Below the pieces are notes generated by a model, which saw only the letters and a list, made by a program, of their open reading frames with translations, was not told the origin of the DNA and ran no database searches. From NCBI GenBank assembly GCA_964016885.1, contig OZ024740.1:420546001-420610000 (forward strand): DNA of 64,000 nt, read 5' to 3'. This DNA is from Eledone cirrhosa (lineage: Eukaryota). Below, one piece after another: positions 11,308 through 26,500 of this stretch. The stretch's first letter is position 1, and each line of letters opens with the position of its first letter. A program made the position numbers and the translations under genes.

Positions 11308-12442
11308 GTAAGTTGTATAATGTAACCACTTAATATAATGTTGGTGATTTATTTTTTGTACTTTTGCCTACACTGTATAGTTAAGTGGGTGATGATAAAG
11401 TGAGAGGCTGATGACTAACTTATAAGAAGACTTCGGGTATTGTTTGTGAGAATTGCAAGTGGTAACAGTAAGAAATTAAATGTGTACATGAATGATTATT
11501 GTAGTTCACTTTCCAACCAACTTCTCTTCATTCTACTCCTTCAAGCTTAAAGATGCTTCAGACTGTAGCATCTTTATGGCAACAATTTGCTCCTTATTGC
11601 AAAACCAGTCAAAGAAGTTTGACATTTAGAAGAGTAAACTCCAGTTAAAGATTCTGACAAAGTCCAACTTGTATTTCAGAACTGTCTTTGGTCATTATAT
11701 AAGTTAATTCTTACAGATAGTGTTTGGAAAAATACCTGAGATAGGGAGAATGTTTCAGAAACCTGACGTCCCCCCAAAAAAGTGTAAAATGTTAAATGGC
11801 GCTGCCATTATGCTATCTATCCATTTCTCTGCCAACAATATACCTACTCAGCCCACACCAATACTGTTGGTAACACAAGAATTATTCATCATCATCATTT
11901 TACATCTATTTCTCCATGTTAGCATAGTTTACAAGTTGTCCCATTCTGAAACAAGCCACATCAGATGACTATGTCTTTCTCATACAGAATTACTTCTGGT
12001 TTGGTTTCTACAGCTGGATGCTCGCCTAATGCCAATCACATTTACAGAGTAGACTGGGTGCTTTTTATTGTGACATCAAAATGATCACTTTACAGCCTGG
12101 TTTGGATGTTTTTTTGTTATGACACCAAAACAACCACTTTGTAGTGTGGACTGGGTGCTTTTTGTTGTGACAAATTATTGTCTGTGAGAAATCTAGCTGA
12201 TACTCTCGTTCACAGTCAATAGCTCCTCATATCCACTTTAGCATCTCTACAATCTCTCCAAACTTACCTAACATCATGCTAGCATCTATGGTGGCAGCTC
12301 CTCTGAAGGCACCTGACAACAATAGGAAATGTTATAGTGGTGAGTGGGTTGTTTAAGTGATGTCTGTTATAAAACAAAGGAAGGTGATAGTTTTATTGAT
12401 TATAATTCAATAATTATTGATCATTAAACATCTCAATTACAG

Positions 12443-12556
12443 AGGATGGAACAAATGTTAAATGGTTTCCAGGCTGATTTAAGCAGTATCAGTAATGAAA
12501 TTCAAACACTACAGGAACAGTCAATTGCTATGAACATCAAACTGAAGAATAGACAG
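12443..12556 (+). CDS. VPS52: VPS52 exon 6
   Basis: Encodes RMEQMLNGFQADLSSISNEIQTLQEQSIAMNIKLKNRQ. ttacag/gttagt boundaries. Confidence 0.95.
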
Positions 12557-12598
12557 GTTAGTACTTTTATCTGTCATCAATTTACCTTTTAGTAATTA

Positions 12599-12800
12599 GG
12601 GCAGTGGATTGACAGAATCGGTAGAGCATCGGATACCATGCCTCGCAACATAGAGTTACAACCCATTCTGATTTCAAATTCCACTGAGGTTAGCTTTGCC
12701 TTTCATCCTTACGGGGTTGATAAAATAAAGTACCAGTGATGCACTGGGGTTGATTTATTCAACCTTCCCCTCCCAAAAATGGTTAGCCTTGTGCTTAAAA
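12599..12800 (+). mobile_element. SINE family B (ctttgcctttcatcc...gataaaataaagtaccag)
   Basis: Related copies at 9084-9232 (-), 9610-9757 (+), 10482-10626 (-), 35301-35488 (+), 40361-40549 (-) and 54220-54394 (+). Confidence 0.7.
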
Positions 12801-12959
12801 CAAAAAAAAACCATTAATTTTTAGTAATTTGTATTTGATTGGATATTGATCAATAGGTGTGTTGATCATTAGTGATGTGTGACTGTGTCACTCTGTCTAG
12901 AGAGGGAGATGTCTCTGGCTGTGTAAGCTGAGGTAAAGTAAAGACTTGTCACAAATGAC

Positions 12960-13830
12960 GTTAGTAATGGTGATTGTTAGTGTTGATAATTGATAGTAGT
13001 GATGATTGTTAGTGGTGGTGATTGTTAGCGATGGCGATTGTTAGTAGTGGTGATTGTTAATAGTGGTGATTGTTAGTAGTGGTGATTGTTAGTGGTGGTG
13101 ATTGTTAGCGATGGTGATTGTTAGTAGTGGTGATTGTTAATAGTGGTGATTGTTAGTAGTGGTGATTGTTAGTGGTGGTGATTGTTAGTAGTGGTGATTG
13201 TTAGTAGTGGTGATTGTTAGTGGTGGTGATTGTTAGTAGTGGTGATTGTTAATAGTGGTGATTGTTAGTGGTGCTGATTGTTAGTAGTGGTGAGTGTTAG
13301 TGGTGGTGATTGTTAGTAGTGGTGATTGTTAGTAGTGGCGATTGTTACTGGTGGTGATTGTTAGTAGTGGTGAGGGTGATTAATAGTGATGGTGATTGTT
13401 AATGATGATGATTGTTAGTGAAAGTGATTGTTAGTGGTGGTGGTGATTGCTAGTGGTGGTGCTTGTTAGTGATGATGATTTTTAGTGGTGGTGATTGTTA
13501 GTAGTGGTGATTGTTAATGATGGTCATTGATAGTGATTGTTAGTAGTAGTGATGGTGATTGTTGGTGATGGTGATTGTTAGTAGTGGTGATTGTTTGTGG
13601 TGGTGGTTGTTAGTAGTGGGGATTGTTAGTAGTGGAGATGGTGATTGTTAATAGTGATGATTGTTAGTGATGGTGATTGTCAGTGATGGTGATTGTTAGT
13701 CATGAAGATTGTTAGTGGTGGTGATTGTTAGTAGTGGTGATGGTGATTGTTAGTCGTGGTGATTGTTAGTAGTGGCGATTGGTAGTGGTGGCGATTGTTA
13801 GTGGTGGTCGTGATTGTTAGTGGTGATGAT
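12960..13830. repeat. 16-bp minisatellite (GGTGATTGTTAGTAGT)n
   Basis: Tandem repeat seen directly, degenerate at the edges. Confidence 0.92.
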
Positions 13831-13946
13831 GTTTCTGTTCATTTGTTCCTTTCTTTCCCACATAAGTGGCTCTAAAGAAAGGGAGATTGTCTATCTCATC
13901 ACTGTAGTAAGTGGCTACTATTGTCTCCCATTAGATATGGTGGCAG

Positions 13947-14335
13947 ATAGAGAGAGGTAGAGTAATAGAGGAGAGCCAGAGAGAGAGAGGGGGATAGTAG
14001 AGAGAGTAATAGAGGAGAGCCAGAGTGAGAGGGTGATAGTAGAGAGAGTAATAGAGGAGAGCCAGAGAGAGGGTGATAGTAGAGAGAGTAATAGAGGAGA
14101 GCCAGAGAGAGAGGGCGATAGTAGAGAGAGTAATAGAAGAGAGCCAGAGTGAGAGGGTGATAGTAGAGAGAGTAATAGAGGAGAGCCAGAGAGAGAGCGA
14201 TAGTAGAGAGAGTAATAGAGGAGAGCCAGAGTGAGAGGGTGATAGTAGAGAGAGTAATAGAGGAGAGCCAAAGAGAGAGGGTGATAGTAGAGAGAGAGTA
14301 ATAGAGGAGAGCCAGAGTGAGAGGGTGAAAGGAGG
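13947..14335. repeat. ~40-bp purine-rich minisatellite
   Basis: Tandem gagggtgatagtagagagagtaatagaggagagccagag units. Source of the spurious minus-strand ORFs. Confidence 0.9.
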
Positions 14336-14441
14336 CAGCAAAGAGAGTAGTAGAAGAGAGAGAGAGAGAGAATCCTTTCTTATTTCTTCTTGCTAACCCA
14401 AACAATAGAATATTACGAAAAATATCATTTCTATATTTCAG

Positions 14442-14503
14442 GCTGTACGGGGAGAACTGAGTCAGTTTGTTGATGAAATGGTGATTCCTGAGAGTATGGT
14501 GTC
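14442..14503 (+). CDS. VPS52: VPS52 exon 7
   Basis: Encodes AVRGELSQFVDEMVIPESMV(S). tttcag/gtaagt boundaries. Phase 2 matches exon 8. Confidence 0.93.
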
Positions 14504-17500
14504 GTAAGTTACATATATTACATATATTACATAGCATGGTGTCGTAAGTTACATATATTACATATATTACATAGTATGGTGTCGTAAGTTACATATATTA
14601 CATAGTATGGTGTCGTAACTTACATATATTACATAGTATGGTGTCGTAAGTTACATATATTACATAGTATGGTGTCGTAACTTACATATATTACATAGTA
14701 TGTTGTCGTAAGTTACATATATTACATATATTACGTAGTATGGTCTCGTAAGTTACATATATTACATAGTATGGTGTTGTAAGTTACATATATTACATAG
14801 TATGGTGTCGTAAGTTACATATATTACATAGTATGGTGTCGTAAGTTACATATATTACATAGTATGGTGTCATAAATTACATATATTACATAGTATGGTG
14901 TCGTAAGTTACATATATTACATAGTATGGTGTCATAAGTTACATATATTACATATATTACATACTATGGTGTCGTAAGTTACATATATTACATAGTATGG
15001 TGTCGTAAGTTACATATATTACATAGTATGGTGTCGTAAGTTACATATATTACATAGTATGGTGTCGTAAGTTACATATATTGCATAGTATGGTGTCGTA
15101 GGTTATATGTATTACATAGTATGGTGTCGTACGTTACATATATTACATAGTATGGTGTCGTAAGTTACATATATTGCATAGTATGGTGTCGTAAGTTAAA
15201 TATATTACATAGTATGGTGTCGTAGGTTACATATATTACATAGTATGGTGTCGTACGTTACATATATTACATAGTATGGTGTCGTAAGTTACATGTATTA
15301 CATAGTATGGTGTCGTAAGTTAAATATATTACATAGTATGGTGTCTGAAGTTACATATATTACATAGTATGGTATTATAAGTTACATATATTACATAATA
15401 TAGTGTCGTAAGTTACATATATTACATAGTATGGTGTCGTAAGTTACATATATTACATAGTATGGTGTCGTAAGTTACATATATTACATAGTATGGTGTC
15501 GTAAGTTAAATATATTACATAGTATGGTGTCTGAAGTTACATATATTACATAGTATGGTGTCTGAAGTTACATATATTACATAGTATGGTGTCATAAGTT
15601 ACATATATGGCATAGTATGGTTTCATAAGTTACATATATTACATAGTATGGTGTCGTAAGTTACATATATTACATAGTATGGTGTCGTAAGTTACATATA
15701 TTACACAGTATGGTGTCGTAAGTTACATATATTACGTAGTATGGTGTCATAAGTTACATATATTACATAGTATGGTGTCGTAAGTTACATACATTAAATA
15801 CTTGCATTACATAGTATTGTATCATAAGTTACATATATTACATAGTATGGTATTATAAGTTACATATATTACATAGTATAGTGTCGTAAGTTACATATAT
15901 TACATATATTTCATAGTATGGTGTCGTAAGTTACATATATTAAATAGTATGGTATTATAAGTTACATATATTACATAGTATGGTATCATAAGTTACATAT
16001 ATTACATAGTATGGTGTCGTAAGTTACATATATTACATAGTATGGTGTCGTAAGTTACATATATTACATAGTATGGTGTCGTAAGTTACATATATTACAT
16101 AGTATGGTGTTGTAATTATATATATTGCATATATTACATAGTATGGTGTCGTAAGTTACATATATTACATAGTATGGTGGCGTAAGTTACATATATTACA
16201 TAGTATGGTATCAAAAGTTACATATATTACACAGTATGGTGCCATAAGTTACATATATTACATAGTATGGTGTCATAAGTTACATATATTACATAGTATG
16301 GTGTCGTAAGTTACATATATTACATAGTATGGTGTCGTAAGTTACATATATTACATGATATGGTGTCGTAAGTTACATACATTACATGATATGATGTCGT
16401 AAGTTACATACATTACATGATATGATGTCGTAAGTTACATATATTACATAGTATGGTGTCGTAAGTTACATATATTACATAGTATGGTGTCGTAAGTTAC
16501 ATATATTATATTGTATGGTGTCATAAGTTACATACATTACATATATTACATAGTATGATGTTGTAAGTTACATATATTACATAGGCTGGTGTAGTAAGTT
16601 ACATATATTACATAGTATGGTGTCGTAAGTTACATATATTACATAGTATGGTGTTGTAAATTACATACATTACATAGTATGGTGTCGTAAGTTACATATA
16701 TTACATAGTATGGTGTAGTAAGTTACATATATTACATAGTATGGTATCGTAAGTTACATATATTACATGATATGGTGTCATAAGTTACATATATTATATA
16801 GTATGGTGTCGTAAGTTACATATATTAAATAATATGATGTCGTAAGATACATATATTACATGATATGGTGTCGTAAGTTACATATATTACATGATATGGT
16901 GTCGTAAGTTACATATATTACATAGTATGGTGTCGTAAGTTACATATATTACATAGTATGGTGTTGTAAGTTACATATATTACATAGTATGGTGTCGTAA
17001 GTTACATATATTACATATGTTTCATAGTATGGTGTCGTAAGTTACATATATTACATAGTATGGTGTCATAAATTACATATATTACATAGTATGGTATTAT
17101 AAGTTACATATATTACATAGTATGGTGTCGTAAGTTACATATATTCCATAGTATGGTTTCGTAAGTTACATATATTACATAGTATGGTATCAAAAGTTAC
17201 ATATATTACACAGTACGGTGCCATAAGTTACATATATTACATAGTATGGTGTCATAAGTTACATATATTACATATATTACATAGTATGGTGTCGTAAGTT
17301 ACATATATTACATAGTATGGTGTTGTAAGTTATATATATTGCATATATTACATAGTATGGTGTCATAAGTTACATACATTACATATATTACATAGTATGG
17401 TGTCATAAGTTACATATATTACATAGTATGGTGTCGTTAGTTACATATATTACATAGTATGGTGTCATAAGTTACATATATTACATAGTATGGTGTCGTA

Positions 17501-20500
17501 AGTTGCATATATTACATGATATGGTGTCGTAAGTTACATACATTACATAATATGATGTCGTAAGTTACATACATTACATGATATGATGTCGTAAGTTACA
17601 TATATTACATAGTATGGTGTCGTAAGTTACATATATTACATAGTATGGTGTCGTAAGTTACATATATTACATTGTATGGTGTCGTAAGTTACATATATTA
17701 CATAGTATGATGTCGTAAGTTACATACATTACATAGTATGGTGTCGTAAGTTACATATATTACATAGTATGGTGTCGTAAGTTACATATATTACATCGTA
17801 TGTAGTCATAAGTTACATATATTACATAGTATGATGTCGTAAGTTACATATATTACATAGTATGGTGTCGTAAGTTACATACATTACATAGTATGGTGTC
17901 ATAAGTTACATATATTACATAGTATGGCGTCGTAAGTTACATATATTACATAGTATGGTATTATAAGTTATATAAATTACATATATTACATAGTATAGTG
18001 TCATAAGTTACATATATTACTTATATTACATAGTATGGTGTCATAAGTTACATATATTGCATAGTATGGTATTATAAGTTACATATATTACAAAGTATGG
18101 TATCATAAGTTACATATATTACGAAGTATGGTATTATAAGTTACATATATTACATAGTATGGTGTCGGAAGTTACATATATTACATAGTATGGTGTTGTA
18201 AGTTACATATATTACATAGTATGGTGTCGTAAGTTACATATATTACAAATTTAGTCTTGTAAGTTACATATATTACAAATTTAGTCTTGCAAGTTACATA
18301 TATTACATAGTATGGTGTCGTAAGTTACATATATATCATAGTATGGTGTCGTAGGTTACATATATTACATAGTATGGTGTCATAAGTTACATATATTACA
18401 TAGTATGGTATTATAAGTTACATATATTACATATATTACATAGTATGGTATTATAAGTTACATATATTACATATATTACATAGTATGGTGTCGTAAGTTA
18501 CATATATTACATATATTACATGGTATGGTGTCATAAGTTACATATATTACATAGTATGGTATTATAAGTTACATATATTACATCGTATGGTGTCGTAAGT
18601 TACATATATTACATATATTACATAGTATGGTATTATAAGTTACATATATTACATATATTACATAGTATGGTGTCGTAAGTTACATATATTACATATATTA
18701 CATGGTATGGTGTCGTAAGTTACATATATTAAATAGTGTGGTGTTATAAGTTACATATATTACATAGTATGGTATTATAAGTTACATATATTACATAGTA
18801 TGGTGTCGTAAGTTACATATTTTCCATAGTATGGTGTCGTAAGTTACATATATTACACAGTATGGTGTCGTAGGTTACATATATTACATATTATGGTGTC
18901 ATAAGTTAGATATATTACATAGTATGGTATCATAAGTTACATATATTACATAGTATGGTGTCGTAAGTTACATATATTACATAGTGTGGTGTCGTAAGTT
19001 ACATAAATTACATAGTATGGTGTCGTAAGTTACATATAATGCATATATTACATAGTATGGTGTCATAAGTTACATATATTACATAGTATGGTGTCGTAAG
19101 TTACATATATTACATAGTATGGTGTTGTAAGTTACATATATTACATAGTATGGTTTCATAAGTTACATATATTACATAGTATGGTGTCATAAGTTACATA
19201 TACTACATAGTATGGTGTCATAAGTTACTTATATTACATATATTACATAGTATGGTGTCGTAAGTTACATATATTACATAGTGTGGTGTCATAAGTTACA
19301 TATATTACATAGTATGGTGTGGTAAGTTACATATATTACATAGTATGGTATCGTAAGTTACATATATTACATGATATGGTGTCGTAAGTTACATATATTA
19401 CATAGTATGGTGTCGTTAGTTACATATATTACATAGTATGGTGTGGTTAGTTACATATATTACATAGTATGATGTCGTAAGATACATATATTACATGATA
19501 TGGGGTCGTAATTTACATATATTACATGATATGGTGTCGTAAGTTACATATATTACATAGTATGGTGTTGTAAGTTACATATATTACATAGTATGGTGTT
19601 GTAAGTTACATATATTACATAGTATGGTCTGTAAGTTACATATATTACATAGTATGGTGTCGTAAGTTAAATATATTACATTGTATGGTCTTGTAAGTTA
19701 CATATATTATGTAGTATGGTGTTGTAAGTTACATATATTACACAGTATGGTGTCGTAAGTTACATATATTACATAGTATGGTCTTGTAAGTTACATATAT
19801 TACATAGTATGGTGTCGTAAGTTAAATATATTACATAGTATGTAGTCATAAGTTACTTATATTACATATATTACATAGTATGATGTCGTAAATTACATAT
19901 ATTGCATAGTATGGTGTTATAAGTTGCATATATTACATATATTACATAGTATGGTGTCGTAAGTTACATACATTACATATATTACATAATATGGTGTCAT
20001 AAGTTACATATATTACATATATTACATAGTATGGTGTCGTTAGTTACATATATTACATACTATGGTGTCGTAAGTTACATATATTACATAGTATGTTGTC
20101 ATAAGTTACATATATTACATAGTATGGTGTTGTAAGTTACATATATTACATAGTATGGTGTCGTAAGTTACATACATTACATGATATGGTGTCGTAAGTT
20201 ACATACATTACATAGTATGGTGTCGTAAGTTACATATATTACAAATTTAGTCTTGTAAGTTACATATATTACATAGTATGGTGTCGTAAGTTACATATAT
20301 TACATAATATGGTGTCGTAAGTTACATATATATCATAGTATGGTGTCGTAGGTTACATATATTACATAGTATGGTGTCGTAAGTTACATATATTACATAT
20401 ATTAAATAGTATGGTGTCATAAATTACATATATTGCATAGTATGGTATTATAAGTTACATATATTACATAGTATGGTGTCGTAAGATACATATATTACAT

Positions 20501-23500
20501 AGTATGGTGTCGTAAGTTACATATATTACATAGTATGGTGTCGTAAGTTACATATATTACATAGTATGGTGTTGTAAGTTACATATATTACATAGTATGG
20601 TGTCGTAAGTTACATATATTACATAGTATGGTGTCATAAGTTACATATATTACATAGTATGGTATCATAAGTTACTTATATTACATAATATGGTGTCATA
20701 AGTTACATATATTACATAGTATTGTATCGTAAGTTACATATATTACATAGTATGGTGTCATAAATTACATATAATGCATATATTACATAGTATGGTGTCA
20801 TAAGTTACATAAATTACATATATTACATAGTATGGTGTCATAAGTTACATATATGACATAGTATGGTTTCATAAGTTACATATATTACATAGTGTGGTGT
20901 CATAAGTTACATATATTACATAGTATGGTGTCGTAAGTTACTTATATATCATAGTATCGTGTCGTAGGTTACATATATTACATAGTATGGTGTCGTAAGT
21001 TACATATATTACATATATTACATAGTATGGTGTCGTAAGTTACATATATTATATATATATTACATAGTATGGTGTCGTAAGTTACATATATTACATAGTA
21101 TGGTGTCGTAAGTTACATATATTACATAGTATGGTGTCGTAAGTTACATATATTACATAGTATGGCGTCGTAAGTTACATATATTACATAGTATGGTATT
21201 ATAAGTTATATATATTACATATATTACTTAGTATAGTGTCATAAGTTACATATATTACTTACATTACATAGTATGGTGTCATAAGTTACATATATTACAT
21301 AGTATGGTATTATAAGTTACATATATTACATAGTATGGTGTCGTAAGTTACATATATTACATATATTACATAGTATGGTATCGTAAGTTACATATATATC
21401 ATAGTAAGTTGTCGTAGGTTACATATATTACATAGTATGGTGTCATAAGTTACATTTATTACATAGTATGGTATTATAAGTTACATATATTACATCGTAT
21501 GGTGTCGTAAGTTACATATATTACATAGTATGCTGTAGTAAGTTACATATATTATATATATATTACATAATATGGTGTCGCAAGTTACATATATTACATA
21601 GTATGGTGTCGTAAGTTACATATATTACATAGTGTGGTGTTATAAGTTAGATATATTACATAGTATGGTATTATAAGTTACATATATTACATATATTCCA
21701 TAGTATGGTGTCGTAAGTTACATATATTCCATAGTATGGTGTCGTAAGTTACATATATTACATAGTATGGTGTCGTAAGTTACATATATTACATAGTATG
21801 GTTTCATAAGTTACATATATTACATAGTATGGTGTCATAAGTTACATATACTACATAGTATGGTGTCATAAGTTCCTTATATTACATAGTATGGTGTCGT
21901 AAGTTACATATATTACATAGTGTGGTGTCAGAAGTTAAATATATTACATATATTACATAGTATGGTGTGGTAAGTTACATATATTACATAGTATGGTATC
22001 GTAAGTTACATATATTACATGATATGGTGTCGTAAGTTACATATATTACATAGTATGGTGTCGTAAGTTACATATATTACATAGTATGGTGTCGTAAGTT
22101 ACATATATATTATAGTATGGTGTCGTAGGTTACATATATTACATAGTATGGTGTCGTAAGTTACATATATTACATAGTATGGTGTCATAAATTACACATA
22201 TTACATAGTATGGTATTATAAGTTACATATATTACATAGTAGGGTGTCGTAAGTTACATATATTACATAGTATGGTGTCGTAAGTTACATATATTACATA
22301 GTATGGTGTCATATGTTACATATATTACATACTATAGTGTCATAAGTTACTTATATTACATAATATGGTGTCATAAGTTATATATATTACATAGTATTGT
22401 ATCGTAAGTTACATATATTACATAGTATGGTGTCATAAGTTACATATAATGCATATATTACATAGTATGGTGATATAAGTTACATACATTACATATATTA
22501 CATAGTATGGTGTCATAAGTTACATATATGACATAGTATGGTTTCATAAGTTACATATATTACATAGTGTGGTGTCATAAGTTACATATATTACATATAT
22601 TACATAGTATGGTGTCGTAAGTTACATACATTACATAGTATGGTGTCATAAGTTACATATATTACATAGTATGGTGTGGTAAGTTACATATATTACATAG
22701 TATGGAGTCATAAGTTACATACAATACATATATCACATCGTATGATGTCGTAAGTTACATATATTACATAGTATGGTGTTCTAAGTTGCATATATTACAT
22801 ATATTACATAGTATGGTGTCATAAGTTACATACATTACATATATTACACAGTATGGTGTCGTAAGTTACATATATTACATAGTATGGCGTCGTAAGTTAC
22901 ATATATTACATAGTATGGTATTATAAGTTATATATATTACATATATTACATAGTATAGTGTCATAAGTTACATATATTATATTACATAGTATGGTGTCAT
23001 AAGTTACATATATTACATAGTATGGTATTATGAGTTACATATATTACATAGTATGGTCATGTAAGTTACATATATTACATAGTATGGTGTCGTAAGTTAC
23101 ATATATTACATATATTACATAGTATGGTGTCGTAAGTTACATATATATCATAGTATGGTGTCGTAGGTTACATATATTACATAGGATGGTGTCGTAAGTT
23201 ACATATATTACATAGTATGGTGTCATAAGTTACATATATTACATAGTATGGTGTCGTAAGTTACATATATTACATAGTATGGTGTCGTAGGTTACATATA
23301 TTACATATTATGGTGTTATAAGTTAGATATATTACATAGTATGGTATCATAAGTTACATATATTACATAGTATGGTGTCGTAAGTTACATATATTACATA
23401 GTGTGGTGTCATAAGTTACATATATTACATAGTATGGTGTCGTAAGTTACATATAATGCATATATTACATAGTATGGTGTCATAAGTTACATATATTACA

Positions 23501-26500
23501 TAGTATGGTGTCATAAGTTACTTATATTACATAGTATGGTGTCGTAAGTTACATCTATTACATAGTGTGGTGTCATAAGTTACATATATTACATATATTA
23601 CATACTATGGTGTGGTAAGTTACATATATTACATAGTATGGTATCGTAAGTTACATATATTACATGATATGGTGTAGTAAGTTACATATATTACATAGTA
23701 TGGTGTCGTTAGTTACATATATTACATAGTATGATGTCGTAAGATACATATATTACATGATATGGGGTCGTAATTTACATATATTACATGATATGGTGTC
23801 GTAAGTTACATATATTACATAGTATGGTGTTGTAAGTTACATATATTACATAGTATGGTGTTGTAAGTTACATATATTACATAGTATGGTCTTGTAAGTT
23901 ACATATATTACATAGTATGGTGTCGTAAGTTAAATATATTACATAGTATGTAGTCATAAGTTACATATATTACATATATTACATAGTATGATGTCGTATA
24001 TTACATATATTACATAGTATGGTGTTATAAGTTCCATATATTACATATATTACATAGTATGGTGTCGTAAGTTACATACATTACATATATTACATAGTAT
24101 GGTGTCATAAGTAACATATATTACATATATTACATAGTATGGTGTCGTAAGTTACATATATTCCATTGTATGTTGTCATAACTTACATATATTACATAGT
24201 ATAGTGTCGTAAGTTACATATATTACATAGTATGGTGTCGTAAGTTACATATATTACATAGTATGGTGTCGTAAGTTACATACATTACATGATATGGTGT
24301 CATAAGTTACATACATTACATGATATGATGTAAGTTACGTACATTACATATATTACATAATATGATGTCGTAAGTTACATATATTACATAGTATGGTGTG
24401 GTAAGTTACATATATTACATAGTATGGTGTAGTAAGTTACATATATTACATAGTAAGGTGTCGTAAGTTAAATACATTTAATAGTATGGTGTCGTAAGTT
24501 ACATACATTACATAGTATGGTGTCGTAAGTTACATACATTACATAGTATGGTGTCGTAAGTTACATATATTACATAGTATGGTGTGGTAAGTTACATATA
24601 TTACATAGTATGGTATCGTAAGTTACATATATTACATGATATGGTGTCGTAAGTTACATATGTTACATAGTATGGTGTCGTAAGTTTCATATATTAAATA
24701 GTATGATGTCGTAAGATACATATATTACATTATATGGTGTCGTAAGTTACATATATTACATAGTATGGTGTCGTAAGTTACATATATTACATAGTATGGT
24801 GTTGTAAGTTACATATATTACATAGTATGGTGTCGTAAGTTACATATATTACATAGTATGGTCTTGTAAGTTACATATATTACAATGTATGGTGTTGAAA
24901 GTTACATATATTACATAGTATGTAGTCATAAGTTACGTACATTACATATATTACATAGTATGGTGTCGTAAGTTACATATATTACATATATTTCATAGTA
25001 TGGTGTCATAAGTTACATATATTACTTAGTATGGTGTCATAAATTACATATATTACATAGTATGGTATTATAAGTTACATATATTACATATATTACATAG
25101 TATGGTGTCGTAAGTTACATATATTACATAGTATGGTGTCGCAAGTTACATATATTACATAGTATGGTGTCGTAAGTGACATATATTACATAGTATGGTG
25201 TCATAAGTTACATATATTACATAGTATGGTGTCATAAGTTACAAATATTACATAGTATGGTATCATAAGTTACATATATTACGTAGTATGGTGTCGTAAG
25301 TTACATATATTACATAGTATGGTATCGTAAGTTACATATATTACATATATGGTGTCGTAAGTTACATATATTACATAGTATGGTGTCATAAGTTGCATAT
25401 ATTACATATATTACATAGTATGCTGTCGTAAGTTACATATATTTCATAGTATGGTGTCGTAAGTTACATATATTACTTAGTATGGTGTCATAAATTACAT
25501 ATATTACATAGTATTGTATTATAAGTTACATATATTACATAGTATGGTGTCGTAAGTTACATATATTACATATATTCCATAGTATGGTGTCGTAAGTTAC
25601 ATATATTACATAGTATGGTGTCGTAAGTTACATATATTACATAGTATGGTGTCATAAGTTACATATATTACATAGTATGGTGTCATAAGTTACAAATATT
25701 ACATAGTATGGTATCATAAGTTACATATATTACATAGTATGGTGTCGTAAGTTACATATATTACATAGTATGGTGTCGTAAGTTACATATATTACATAGT
25801 ATGGTGTCGTAAGTTACACATATTACATAGTATGGTATCATAAGTTACATATATTACACAGTATGGTGCCATAAGTTACATATATTACATAGTATGGTGT
25901 CATAAGTTACATATATTACATATATTACATAGTATGGTGTCGTAAGTTACATATATTACATAGTATGGTGTTGTAAGTTATATATATTGCATATATTACA
26001 TAGTATGGTGTCATAAGTTACATACATTACATATATTACACAGTATGGTGTCGTAAGTTACATATATTACATAGTATGGCGTCGTAAGTTACATATATTA
26101 CATAGTATGGTATTATAAGTTATATATATTACATATATTACATAGTATAGTGTCATAAGTTACATATATTACTTATATTACATAGTATAGTTTTATAAGT
26201 TACATATATTACATAGTATGGTATTATGAGTTACATATATTACATAGTATGGTCATGTAAGTTACATATATTACATAGTATGGTGTCGTAAGTTACATAT
26301 ATTACATATATTACATAGTATGGTGTCGTAAGTTACATATATATCATAGTATGGTGTCGTAGGTTACATATATTACATAGGATGGTGTCGTAAGTTACAT
26401 ATATTACATAGTATGGTGTCATAAGTTACATATATTACATAGTATGGTGTCGTAAGTTACATATATTACATAGTATGGTGTCGTAAGTTACATATATTAA

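Noticed and set aside
13899-14537. Leu/Ser-rich minus-strand ORFs
   Set aside because: They are products of a purine-rich minisatellite and are antisense to VPS52 exon 7.
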